Part shown: piece after piece, positions 8,833-16,657 of the stretch
Position numbering within the stretch: position 1 is the first letter of the stretch
Layout of the letters: the number at the start of each line of letters is the position of its first letter
Source of the DNA: Burkholderiaceae bacterium
Lineage (GTDB): Bacteria > Pseudomonadota > Gammaproteobacteria > Burkholderiales > Burkholderiaceae_D
NCBI GenBank assembly: GCA_019751755.1
Contig: JAIENA010000185.1
Location: 559 to 64,558, forward strand
DNA length: 64,000 nucleotides
Direction of reading: 5' to 3'
The notes under the pieces: generated by a model
The model's database searches: none
What the model saw: only the letters and a program-made list of their open reading frames with translations
What the model was told of the DNA's origin: nothing
Program-made: the position numbers and the translations under genes

Positions 8833-9516
8833 ATGGTCGAGCTCATTCCAGGCGTCAGCCGAAACACGTTCCGCGATCACGATCCTCAAGCGGAGGCGGC
8901 GGATGCCGCTTACCGCGCGAAGAGGCCTGCGGTCCTGCAGCGCGCGCATTACACCTGTCAGGCGTGTAGTGTGAAGTCGAGCGGCGGCCTGGAAGTTCAC
9001 CATAAGGATTGCAATCACGCGAACAACACGGATGAAAATTTCCTGCCCGAATGCGTGTTCTGCCACCCGGTGAATCACATCGGCGAGCTGGCAAGCCGTA
9101 TGTTGCGCGCCGACGAGTCCGAGCTCGCAGGAAGTGTGTCTCAGCTGGCCTATCTGCCTGACTTGCGGCAGGCTGACCTCTCCCACCTAATGCGCACGAT
9201 CGGCCACGTGTTGGCCAATCCCGATGCATCGGAAGATGAGAAGGGGGATGCGAAAGTGCTCCACGCGAGCCTTACGGAATACCAGCATTACATTGAGACG
9301 GTGTGGGGTTCGTCTAAGGCGGCGCACTTCGCGATCGCTTTGAAGGAGGTCTCTGCGCCCGTGTATGCGGCCCGCGCCGAGCCGATGAAGGGTCTGCGCG
9401 TGGTCTTTTCCCTTGGTGTGATTGTGAAGCAGGCGAAGAAGTTTAGCGATGAGTTCGCGTCGCTACCGATCTCATCATGGCCATCGATCTTCGCAAGACG
9501 CATCGCAACCCAATAA
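8833..9516 (+). CDS. IcmJ/DotN-position protein with an HNH-type Cys/His motif
   Basis: YTCQACSVKSSGGLEVHHKDCNHANNTDENFLPECVFCHPVNH matches the HNH / zinc-finger pattern. It occupies the icmJ slot upstream of icmB. Confidence 0.45.
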   Translation: MVELIPGVSRNTFRDHDPQAEAADAAYRAKRPAVLQRAHYTCQACSVKSSGGLEVHHKDCNHANNTDENFLPECVFCHPVNHIGELASRMLRADESELAGSVSQLAYLPDLRQADLSHLMRTIGHVLANPDASEDEKGDAKVLHASLTEYQHYIETVWGSSKAAHFAIALKEVSAPVYAARAEPMKGLRVVFSLGVIVKQAKKFSDEFASLPISSWPSIFARRIATQ

Positions 9517-9544
9517 TAACAACGAACCGAAGTACAAGGATCAG

Positions 9545-10825
9545 ATGTTTGAGGCGAATGTAAGGCACCGCAGCGCGACCCTGGCCGAGCCGAAGCCGAC
9601 GCCGCGTGAGGTGGCGGAGAAGCTCATGATCGGTATCGTCTTGCACGATAATCGTAACGCGCTTGCGGAAGGGTGGGCGTTCCTCCCGAACCGCGCGCCT
9701 TTTCGTGTCCGCGGGCTGTTTGACCTACCCAACGACGCCATGTGGATATCTTCGGGCGATTTTCAAGATTTCCGCAAGCTGGGTCAGGCCCAGTTGCACC
9801 ACGTGCGTCGCACCGGATACCTGGGTCTGAAGCTGTCCGAGATTGCGCAAGATTTCGGTATTCGCATCGACGGATATCACGCGATCGAAGGCGGCAAGGC
9901 GCTCGTGATCTACGTGCAGCACGCTGTGCGTATGGCCGTCGAGGTCTACGGACTGGACGACGTCATGCGCAATCTGCAGGACGAAACCCTGGTGGCGACG
10001 ATCAGTAAGGCTCTCCCGCCGGCGGCGCCTTCGAAGGACATGCTGTTGCAAAAGCTTGCGGCCGCGTATCAGAGCTGGTCATCAAAATACACCCCTTTCA
10101 TAGACAACAGCGTCCGTGTACGCCTGCGCTTCAACCGCATGGCCTACGCCGAATGGTTGCTGAGCAACCCAGTTCCGGACGCTGGCTGGTCGCATGCGCT
10201 ATCGGACGTTGGCTTTGACCATGACGCGGTCATGGCCGGCACGTTTCCTCCAACACTGATCCAAGCGGTAGTCGAATTCGACGGCGTGCCGTCGGAACTG
10301 GCGGAACTCATCGCCTACGGGGTCGGTGCGTCCAGGCAGCGCGCTAAGCGTACCTGGATGACTGATGTCGAATATCGCTGGATCAGCCGCTACGCTCGCG
10401 TGCACGTGCAATCGTATCTTGTGTCTTCGACGTGCCTACCCTTGCCGTCGGGGTGCCAGTTGCCGCATGGCCTCGTACAAGACAGGCTTGTAAAGGCGCT
10501 ACCAGCGTCCGGAATCGTGTCCTACATTCACTGCCAAGCGCTGATGTCGTCAAAATGGTCGAGGGTGACCGGCAGGAATGAATACGACCTGCACAGCACC
10601 TGGTTGCGAGCACACGACCGCGCGATCTGCTTTGAAGCCGCTCTCCGGTTGCAGCAGGCTGGGTTTCCGGTGTCGGGATATGGCAACGGCTCGGTGATAG
10701 TCAACGTCGATCGTGAGAAGTTGATCGATCTTGAAAAAGCTGCGATTGCGATGGACTTCACGAATCCTCGCTGGAACGCATTATTACAGGAGTTTGGCTA
10801 TGTCAGCCCCGATCATTCCCATTGA
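9545..10825 (+). CDS. hypothetical protein (426 aa) inserted between icmJ-like and icmB
   Basis: ATG 9545 is preceded by AAGGA. The longer listed ORF start (9449) overlaps the previous gene by 68 nt. Confidence 0.55.
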   Translation: MFEANVRHRSATLAEPKPTPREVAEKLMIGIVLHDNRNALAEGWAFLPNRAPFRVRGLFDLPNDAMWISSGDFQDFRKLGQAQLHHVRRTGYLGLKLSEIAQDFGIRIDGYHAIEGGKALVIYVQHAVRMAVEVYGLDDVMRNLQDETLVATISKALPPAAPSKDMLLQKLAAAYQSWSSKYTPFIDNSVRVRLRFNRMAYAEWLLSNPVPDAGWSHALSDVGFDHDAVMAGTFPPTLIQAVVEFDGVPSELAELIAYGVGASRQRAKRTWMTDVEYRWISRYARVHVQSYLVSSTCLPLPSGCQLPHGLVQDRLVKALPASGIVSYIHCQALMSSKWSRVTGRNEYDLHSTWLRAHDRAICFEAALRLQQAGFPVSGYGNGSVIVNVDREKLIDLEKAAIAMDFTNPRWNALLQEFGYVSPDHSH

Positions 10826-11087
10826 CCCGTTGGACCGCGCGCTCAGTCAGATCGTGTGGCGACTGCCGCTCGAGCTCACCGCCGAAATGGACAGCATCTT
10901 CCACATGACGCCGGTGGCTCGGATCGGACGCCTTATGGAAATCATTACCGCAGCCGCAAAGCGGGATCCGAATATTGTCGCCATCCTCAAGCAGCCTGAC
11001 GTGTTGCCCGGCCTCAAGCAAATGGCGGATGATCGCCGCGCGGAAATGGACGCTGCGGAGCAGATGAACCCAGCACGCGCTGGCTAA
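10800..11087 (+). CDS. hypothetical protein (95 aa)
   Basis: ATG 10800 is preceded by CAGGAG. It overlaps the previous gene end by 26 nt. Confidence 0.45.
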   Translation: MSAPIIPIDPLDRALSQIVWRLPLELTAEMDSIFHMTPVARIGRLMEIITAAAKRDPNIVAILKQPDVLPGLKQMADDRRAEMDAAEQMNPARAG

Positions 11088-11118
11088 TCGCAGTCCAATC
11101 TCAAACTCGAATTAGAAC

Positions 11119-14100
11119 ATGACAAACTTTCTGCTTTCAGTTGCCGAGGCGGTACATGACACCTTGGGCGGCGGTAGCGCGGAGGTCCACTGCCAATGGC
11201 GTGGCGCCGTGGTGCCATCCCAGCGTCTCGATCAAGGTGCATTCATCAGCGAGTTGTTGCAAGACAGCCATCTGCCCAAGAGTACGCACGGGGGCGCCGA
11301 CGGCGGCGACTCCGGCCCGTTTGCCGAGCCGTACTCGCTGGAGATGGCTGATGGCACGCTGGTGTCCTTCCTGTTGGTCAGGGGAGCACGCAATAACATG
11401 CGAGAGGCGGATGCCGCGCGCATGGCTGAATTGGTCTCGACCAAAGTAGCTGCGTATATGGCAAGCGGCAACGGCCGATCGTATTCGTTCGGGTTGTACT
11501 TCCTGCACGATCCGAATACCGCTGCGCAGGTGTTCGAGCAGAAAATCGCACCTATGCTTGCAACGGCCAAGCGCCTGGGCGGCGACGCAGAATCGTATCG
11601 CCGCGACCTGGCGTCGCGATTGTCAAATGGCGCGGCTGAAGAGATGACGCTGCTGACTGTGCGCACGCATATGAAGGCGCTACGGCCAGACGAAATGAAG
11701 CGCGCGACTGAGCAGTACCAGGACATGGTCAAAGCGATCATGTCGACGGGGAAGGGCATGAGGAATGTGCCGCTGGGCCTGATCTCCCCGTTCGGTCAAG
11801 CTCTGCTTAGCCGCAGTCCGGCTATCCTCCAGCGCCATGAAGGCCTGGTAAAAAGCTTGTTGAACGACTTCAACAGCCGGGCTATCGGCTTGTCGATGCA
11901 GCTTCTGGCGACGCGCGAGGCCTTCGAGCGCGTGCGGCGCTTCGCCGACCGCGAGATTCCGTTCCAGCCTGGCTGGACCGCACGCCTGATGGGACAGGAA
12001 GGCGCGATCTATTCAGCCACCGCAAATAAGGCGTCGCCGACGCCGCTGGACTTGGGGATGCAGGTGCTGACTCGCAAGGTGATCGGCCACATCAATAACT
12101 ACGAGACCGCCACCCTGGGGCATACCTGGTACGGTACCGCAGTCATGGAGGTCGGCCCTGTTTCGCCACGAAACCTCCCTTCGCAAACGATCTTCTCAGC
12201 TCTTTTGCAAAAAGTCAGTACCGTAGGGATTCCGATGAGCATCTCCTACGAGATACTCCCGAATGGCCTCGAGTATAACAAGCTGAACCAAGTCCTCAAC
12301 TCTTTCCTTGCTCCACTCAACTCAACGAATCGCCAGATCCGCGACGCCTATCAGGAGCTGCGCGAACATCATGAGCGCTACTCGGCAACTGACCCGATCA
12401 TCGGCCTGCGTGTATCGTTCGCGACCTGGGCTCCATCGCAAAAGGATGCTGAAAGTGCACTGCTCGAGCTCGACCTGGCGGTGAAAAGCTGGGGCGGTAT
12501 GCAGGCAAGTCACGAAACCGGCGAGCCGGACGTCGCCCGCTTGTCGTCGATCCCAGAATACACCAGCTCTAGCTGCGCGCCAGTGGTGCCGGCGCCATTG
12601 GCTGACGCGATCTACATGTCGCCGCTGATGCGGCCGGCGTCGCCTTGGGAGTTCGGCCAGCTCCAGTTCAAAACCAGCGACGGCGTGATCTATCCAGTGC
12701 AGATCGGCTCACGGAAACATGCATCGTTCGTATCCGGTTGGGCGGCGCCGTCAGGTTCCGGTAAGTCGTTCCTAGTGAATCGCGTGATGTACTGCCTGTC
12801 GCTTTCGCCTGGCGCGCAGCAACTTCCATATGGACTGGTGGTGGACGTGGGCGCCTCGGCTAAAGGGTTCCTGCGGCACCTGCGTACAGTGCTGCCTCGT
12901 TCGCTGCACGATCAGCTGCTGTACTTCAAGGTCATCAACGACGCGATGTTCTGCGCGAACCCGCACGACCTCCAGCTTGGCTGCACTCGACCTACAGGTG
13001 GCGAGATGGACTTCCAGGTGGCCGTGTACGAGGTCATTTTCAAGGGTCTGGGTGACGAGACCGGCGCATTCATTAAAGCGATGATCAACGAGGCTTACCG
13101 GATGTACGCTCCTGACTCCACCGACGCACGTATCTGGCAGCGGGCCCACAGCGAGAAGATCAGCCGCGAATTGGAAGAGATCGGCTTTTACATGGACGAC
13201 GATCGGCCACCTACAGTCTATCGTGTGGTAGACGCGCTATTCGCCGCCGGGCACATCGAATCCGCCCGGATCGCGCAGCGCTACGCTGTGCCGCGCATGG
13301 AGGATATGACGAAAGTGCTGCAGAGCGACCGCTTACGCCAGGTGTACGGCACGGCCAAAATCGACAAGGAGTTGATGATCGAGCGCGCCTCACGCGCCCT
13401 GCTCAGCGCTACGAACGAATTTGCTGTGCTGTCCGGGGTCACCCGTGTGGCCATCGATAACGCGCGCATCATCGTCGTCGACCTGCAGAATGTATTGGGC
13501 GGATCATCTTCCAGTGGCAAGGAGTTTGCCGGGATGATGTACCTGTATGCGCGGCACCTGGGTGCCCGAAACTTTTTCCTCGACGTCGACGAGATGGAGA
13601 CGCTCGTCCGCCCGGAGTATCGGGAGTACCAGATTCGCCGCGTGCGCGAGATCCAGCAGACTCCGAAGGTTCTTACCTACGAGGAATGGCACAACGTGAA
13701 TGCGGTGCAGGGGTTGCTGAACCTGAACATCAAAGAGACACGTGAGACGCGAAAATTCAAGGTATACCTGAATTTCGTGACGCAGTATGTCACCGACTTC
13801 CCGCAAGAGATTTTGGACGGCATGACGACACTGATGGTCGCCGGCCAGCAGTCCGAGGCGCAGAACAAGTTCGCGCACGAGAAGTTGAATTTGTCGAACA
13901 CGGACCTTGAGATCCTGCGTAATGGACTGGACCGCCAGGGCCGGATCTGGTCATGGTTCCGTCTGCGCGACGGCATGGTCACGGCGGTGTTCGATAACGA
14001 GGTGGGCCCGATCGAAGCCTGGTGCTATACCACCGACGATACGGACGCTCCGCTACGCAATGAGCTCGAGATCCTGATCGGGGAGAACGAATCTGTCAAG

Positions 14101-14271
14101 TTCTTGGCAAGCGAATTCCCGAAGGGCTCGGCCGGCTCGTATATCGAGCAGCGGAGCCGCTTGATGGGCACAGAGCGGGTGGGCGACAAGTCGACTACCG
14201 TCACCTCAATCCTCGCGAAAGAGCTGGCCGAGAAGTACCACGAATTCGCCCGCCAGCAGCAGGCTGTCTGA
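11119..14271 (+). CDS. icmB: IcmB/DotO (TraU) T4SS ATPase
   Basis: 1050 aa with Walker A GWAAPSGSGKSF. Its size and position at the end of the icmL..icmJ run fit the VirB4-like ATPase of type IVB systems. Confidence 0.7.
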   Translation: MTNFLLSVAEAVHDTLGGGSAEVHCQWRGAVVPSQRLDQGAFISELLQDSHLPKSTHGGADGGDSGPFAEPYSLEMADGTLVSFLLVRGARNNMREADAARMAELVSTKVAAYMASGNGRSYSFGLYFLHDPNTAAQVFEQKIAPMLATAKRLGGDAESYRRDLASRLSNGAAEEMTLLTVRTHMKALRPDEMKRATEQYQDMVKAIMSTGKGMRNVPLGLISPFGQALLSRSPAILQRHEGLVKSLLNDFNSRAIGLSMQLLATREAFERVRRFADREIPFQPGWTARLMGQEGAIYSATANKASPTPLDLGMQVLTRKVIGHINNYETATLGHTWYGTAVMEVGPVSPRNLPSQTIFSALLQKVSTVGIPMSISYEILPNGLEYNKLNQVLNSFLAPLNSTNRQIRDAYQELREHHERYSATDPIIGLRVSFATWAPSQKDAESALLELDLAVKSWGGMQASHETGEPDVARLSSIPEYTSSSCAPVVPAPLADAIYMSPLMRPASPWEFGQLQFKTSDGVIYPVQIGSRKHASFVSGWAAPSGSGKSFLVNRVMYCLSLSPGAQQLPYGLVVDVGASAKGFLRHLRTVLPRSLHDQLLYFKVINDAMFCANPHDLQLGCTRPTGGEMDFQVAVYEVIFKGLGDETGAFIKAMINEAYRMYAPDSTDARIWQRAHSEKISRELEEIGFYMDDDRPPTVYRVVDALFAAGHIESARIAQRYAVPRMEDMTKVLQSDRLRQVYGTAKIDKELMIERASRALLSATNEFAVLSGVTRVAIDNARIIVVDLQNVLGGSSSSGKEFAGMMYLYARHLGARNFFLDVDEMETLVRPEYREYQIRRVREIQQTPKVLTYEEWHNVNAVQGLLNLNIKETRETRKFKVYLNFVTQYVTDFPQEILDGMTTLMVAGQQSEAQNKFAHEKLNLSNTDLEILRNGLDRQGRIWSWFRLRDGMVTAVFDNEVGPIEAWCYTTDDTDAPLRNELEILIGENESVKFLASEFPKGSAGSYIEQRSRLMGTERVGDKSTTVTSILAKELAEKYHEFARQQQAV

Positions 14272-14290
14272 GCCAGGCCCGATGTTATGC

Positions 14291-14324
14291 ACAAAAATGT
14301 GGATAACTAGGGCACATTTTTTAT
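14291..14324 (+). terminator. weak AT-rich hairpin terminator after icmB
   Basis: AAAAATGTG / CACATTTTT stem (9 bp) with an 11-nt loop, running into a T tract. Confidence 0.35.
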
Positions 14325-14440
14325 CGAAACCCAGCATCCATGCGCTTTCCATCGGTGCCGCTAAAAATTGAGCAGGGGCGAGGCCGCCGCTGCGTTACAT
14401 CGAAACATTGCCCGTTGACAAAATAGGCAGATGTGTAATG

Positions 14441-14470
14441 TGTGATTACATGTGATTACGTGTGATATCA
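14441..14470. promoter_or_regulatory. three phased 10-bp direct repeats (TGTGATTACA TGTGATTACG TGTGATATCA)
   Basis: Tandem repeats with one helical turn of periodicity, 57-86 nt upstream of the AbrB-type gene. TTGACA lies at 14415-14420. Confidence 0.5.
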
Positions 14471-14526
14471 TTCCACTCGGTAACTCAATAGCGCATGGTT
14501 GTCGTGCAACTACATCGAGGGCAGTA

Positions 14527-14784
14527 ATGAAACTTAGGCGGATCGGGAATTCCTACGGTACGACGTTTAGCCGTGACGTACTCAATAGAGCCGGATTTGT
14601 AGAGGGGCAGGAACTTGATGTCGTGGCCTCTCAGGGAGAGATAAAGATCATTCCCGGACTCGGCAGCAGCATCACAGTTTCGTTCACAACTGCCGAGGCG
14701 AAGGCTCTTGCAACGGGCAAGCTGGATTCTGAATCTGGGGAAACAGCATTAAACAAAGTGCGCCGCATAGTCGGCGCTGAGTAA
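14527..14784 (+). CDS. AbrB/MazE/SpoVT-family antitoxin-like DNA-binding protein
   Basis: MKLRRIGNSYGTTFSRDVLNRAGFVEGQELDVV is the typical looped-hinge-helix signature. GAGGG lies 7 nt upstream of ATG 14527. Confidence 0.6.
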   Translation: MKLRRIGNSYGTTFSRDVLNRAGFVEGQELDVVASQGEIKIIPGLGSSITVSFTTAEAKALATGKLDSESGETALNKVRRIVGAE

Positions 14785-14797
14785 AGGAAACCGGATC

Positions 14798-15172
14798 ATG
14801 GTCATGAGTCCGCAATCTACGGAAGCGCTCGAAAGGCGTGTGCGCGAACTGGAGGCTGCTTTGGAAGGCGCTGTGGCCTACATGAAGCGTTTGCCGTTGG
14901 TGCCGACAACACTGGATGAGGTCCGCCGTGCGGAAAAGGTATTACTTCAAGTGGCCCCACCAGCAGTGCTTCGTGGCGAGCGCCACTACTCGTCAGGAGT
15001 AATGGTCGTGAGGGCCGAGTTGATTGGTGATGTGCTCACTTTGACGTCAGGTGACGTCGACAATCTGCCGCCGGAAATGGCCGAAAAATACAAGCTTTCG
15101 TTTTACGAAAAGTGTAAGAACGGCTACCAGGTCAAGCTCGCACCAGTGGTTGGGCCGAAAATCTTGTCCTGA
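14798..15172 (+). CDS. hypothetical protein (124 aa), partner of the AbrB-type gene
   Basis: Starts 14 nt after the previous stop behind AAGGAA. No known toxin motif recognised. Confidence 0.5.
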   Translation: MVMSPQSTEALERRVRELEAALEGAVAYMKRLPLVPTTLDEVRRAEKVLLQVAPPAVLRGERHYSSGVMVVRAELIGDVLTLTSGDVDNLPPEMAEKYKLSFYEKCKNGYQVKLAPVVGPKILS

Positions 15173-15633
15173 CGTGGATCCGATCGACGGCGCCGGCGTG
15201 CTGGCCACGTCGAGCAAGATGCGCGCGAATCGTCACCGCTGCCGGCGTCGACGGCCCTCAAGCAGGATCTGCCAGCTCCTCGATGTCACCGGCTGGCGCG
15301 GGCCACTCTGCGCCCCACTACTTTCCTTCCTATACTGAAACTGATCGACCGCCGTGTCGGTTATCGACGCGGTGCCCACTGCTCCCTCGGCCGAAATCTT
15401 CCGTGCCGCCAGCATTTACGTCACAGGGGCCTCGACGGTTTCTGATGCTTTCTTGTGCCTGTTCGCGGTGTTCGCGGCGCTGCGCTTTGGCTACGAGAAT
15501 AAATTTCACACAGAGCTTGTTGCAGCCGTGCGCCGCCAGATGCAGATGGTCACTGTAGGCCGAATGATGCTCGTGCCGGAGCAAGCTTTTCGTTCTGCAT
15601 AATTCGTTGCGCACGGCGAGTGCAAGCGTTTTT

Positions 15634-15665
15634 TTGCAACCACGCCTGACCGAAATTTCTATGAT
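15634..15665 (+). promoter_or_regulatory. box promoter B: TTGCAACCACGCC-N13-TATGAT
   Basis: Box at 15634-15646 and -10 at 15660-15665, upstream of ATG 15799. Confidence 0.55.
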
Positions 15666-15798
15666 GGGTCCATCAGCAATCGCATCAAGCGACCAGTTGA
15701 AGCAGCTTAGGCAGTAGAAGTTTTTTATGTGAATGGCATCGTCGACGGCCCAGACGTTGTCTACCAGATCTGGGCCAATTTCTGAAAAGGGACTCATC

Positions 15799-16590
15799 AT
15801 GTTCGGTACCATCCCCGGCCGCGGTAACGGCACCACCACCTTCGTGAACTACAACGGTAAAGCCGGTCTGTTCGTCATCGATCACAATGCCCAGAACGCG
15901 GAGGGTACCCTCCGCGAGCACACCACGACCACCGGTCGCAAGGTGTACAAGGAAGAGTACCCAGACCTGCTCTCGGCTTTCGTGCGCCGTGTCATCGTCA
16001 AGGAAGAAGACGTCTACCAGAAGCCGGGCGAGAAAGAAAACAAGATCCTGGTTTCGCTGCGCAGTCCGGACGGCAAGGACGCGGTGGTGAAGTTCAGCAT
16101 GGGCAGTGGCGCGCTGCAGGTTCTGGGCGCCATCAACGCCTCTGACCTGACTCAGCCGATCACCCTGAAGAATTACCTCTTCCAGGCTGGCAGCAAGGGC
16201 AAGGACAAGGAAGGTAACGAAGTCGTTCGCCTGAAGGATGAAGTGCGCCTGGTCGGTTACCAAGGCGACCAAAAGTTGATCAACAAGTATGGCGAAGGCG
16301 AAGTCGTGATTCCGAAGATCGATAAGATCGAAGTGAAGCACCCTGTCTCCGGTAAGCTGCTCGAGACAGTCAACGACTTCACCGCCCAGCACGAGTTCAT
16401 CGTGAATTTGGCGAAAAACGTCAACACCAAGGTCCAGGCCGCCAGCGGTTCGCAGCCGGCGCCGGTCGCACCGCAAGCCCAGCCTGCCCCGGCCGCAACC
16501 GCCGATGATGCCCAGCTGAGTGCCTCGGACATCCTGGGTGAGGACGACGGCGGTGCGGGCGATGCCGCGGCCTTCGCCCAAGGCGCATAA
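15799..16590 (+). CDS. hypothetical protein (263 aa), Lys/Glu/Gly-rich with a Pro/Ala/Gln linker and acidic tail
   Basis: ATG 15799 after AAAAGGG. Its codon choice looks like that of a well-expressed gene, and it is followed by a strong terminator. Confidence 0.6.
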   Translation: MFGTIPGRGNGTTTFVNYNGKAGLFVIDHNAQNAEGTLREHTTTTGRKVYKEEYPDLLSAFVRRVIVKEEDVYQKPGEKENKILVSLRSPDGKDAVVKFSMGSGALQVLGAINASDLTQPITLKNYLFQAGSKGKDKEGNEVVRLKDEVRLVGYQGDQKLINKYGEGEVVIPKIDKIEVKHPVSGKLLETVNDFTAQHEFIVNLAKNVNTKVQAASGSQPAPVAPQAQPAPAATADDAQLSASDILGEDDGGAGDAAAFAQGA

Positions 16591-16626
16591 GCAGTCCATT
16601 TCCCGCGAAAGCGGTAGTAGAAAAAA

Positions 16627-16652
16627 GCCTCGCAACCATGCGGGGCTTTTTT
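16627..16652 (+). terminator. rho-independent terminator
   Basis: GCCTCGC / GCGGGGC stem with loop AACCAT, then TTTTTT. Confidence 0.75.
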
Positions 16653-16657
16653 ATTGC

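Noticed and set aside
14491-14513. CATGGTTGTCGTGCAACTAC resembling the palindromic box K.
   Set aside because: The right half has three mismatches to the box. The predicted -10 position would fall on the start codon of the AbrB-type gene. It is probably coincidental.
16631-16640. GCAACCATGC resembling the box core.
   Set aside because: It forms the loop and stem of the rho-independent terminator, has a mismatch in the invariant core, and has no -10 at the fixed gap.
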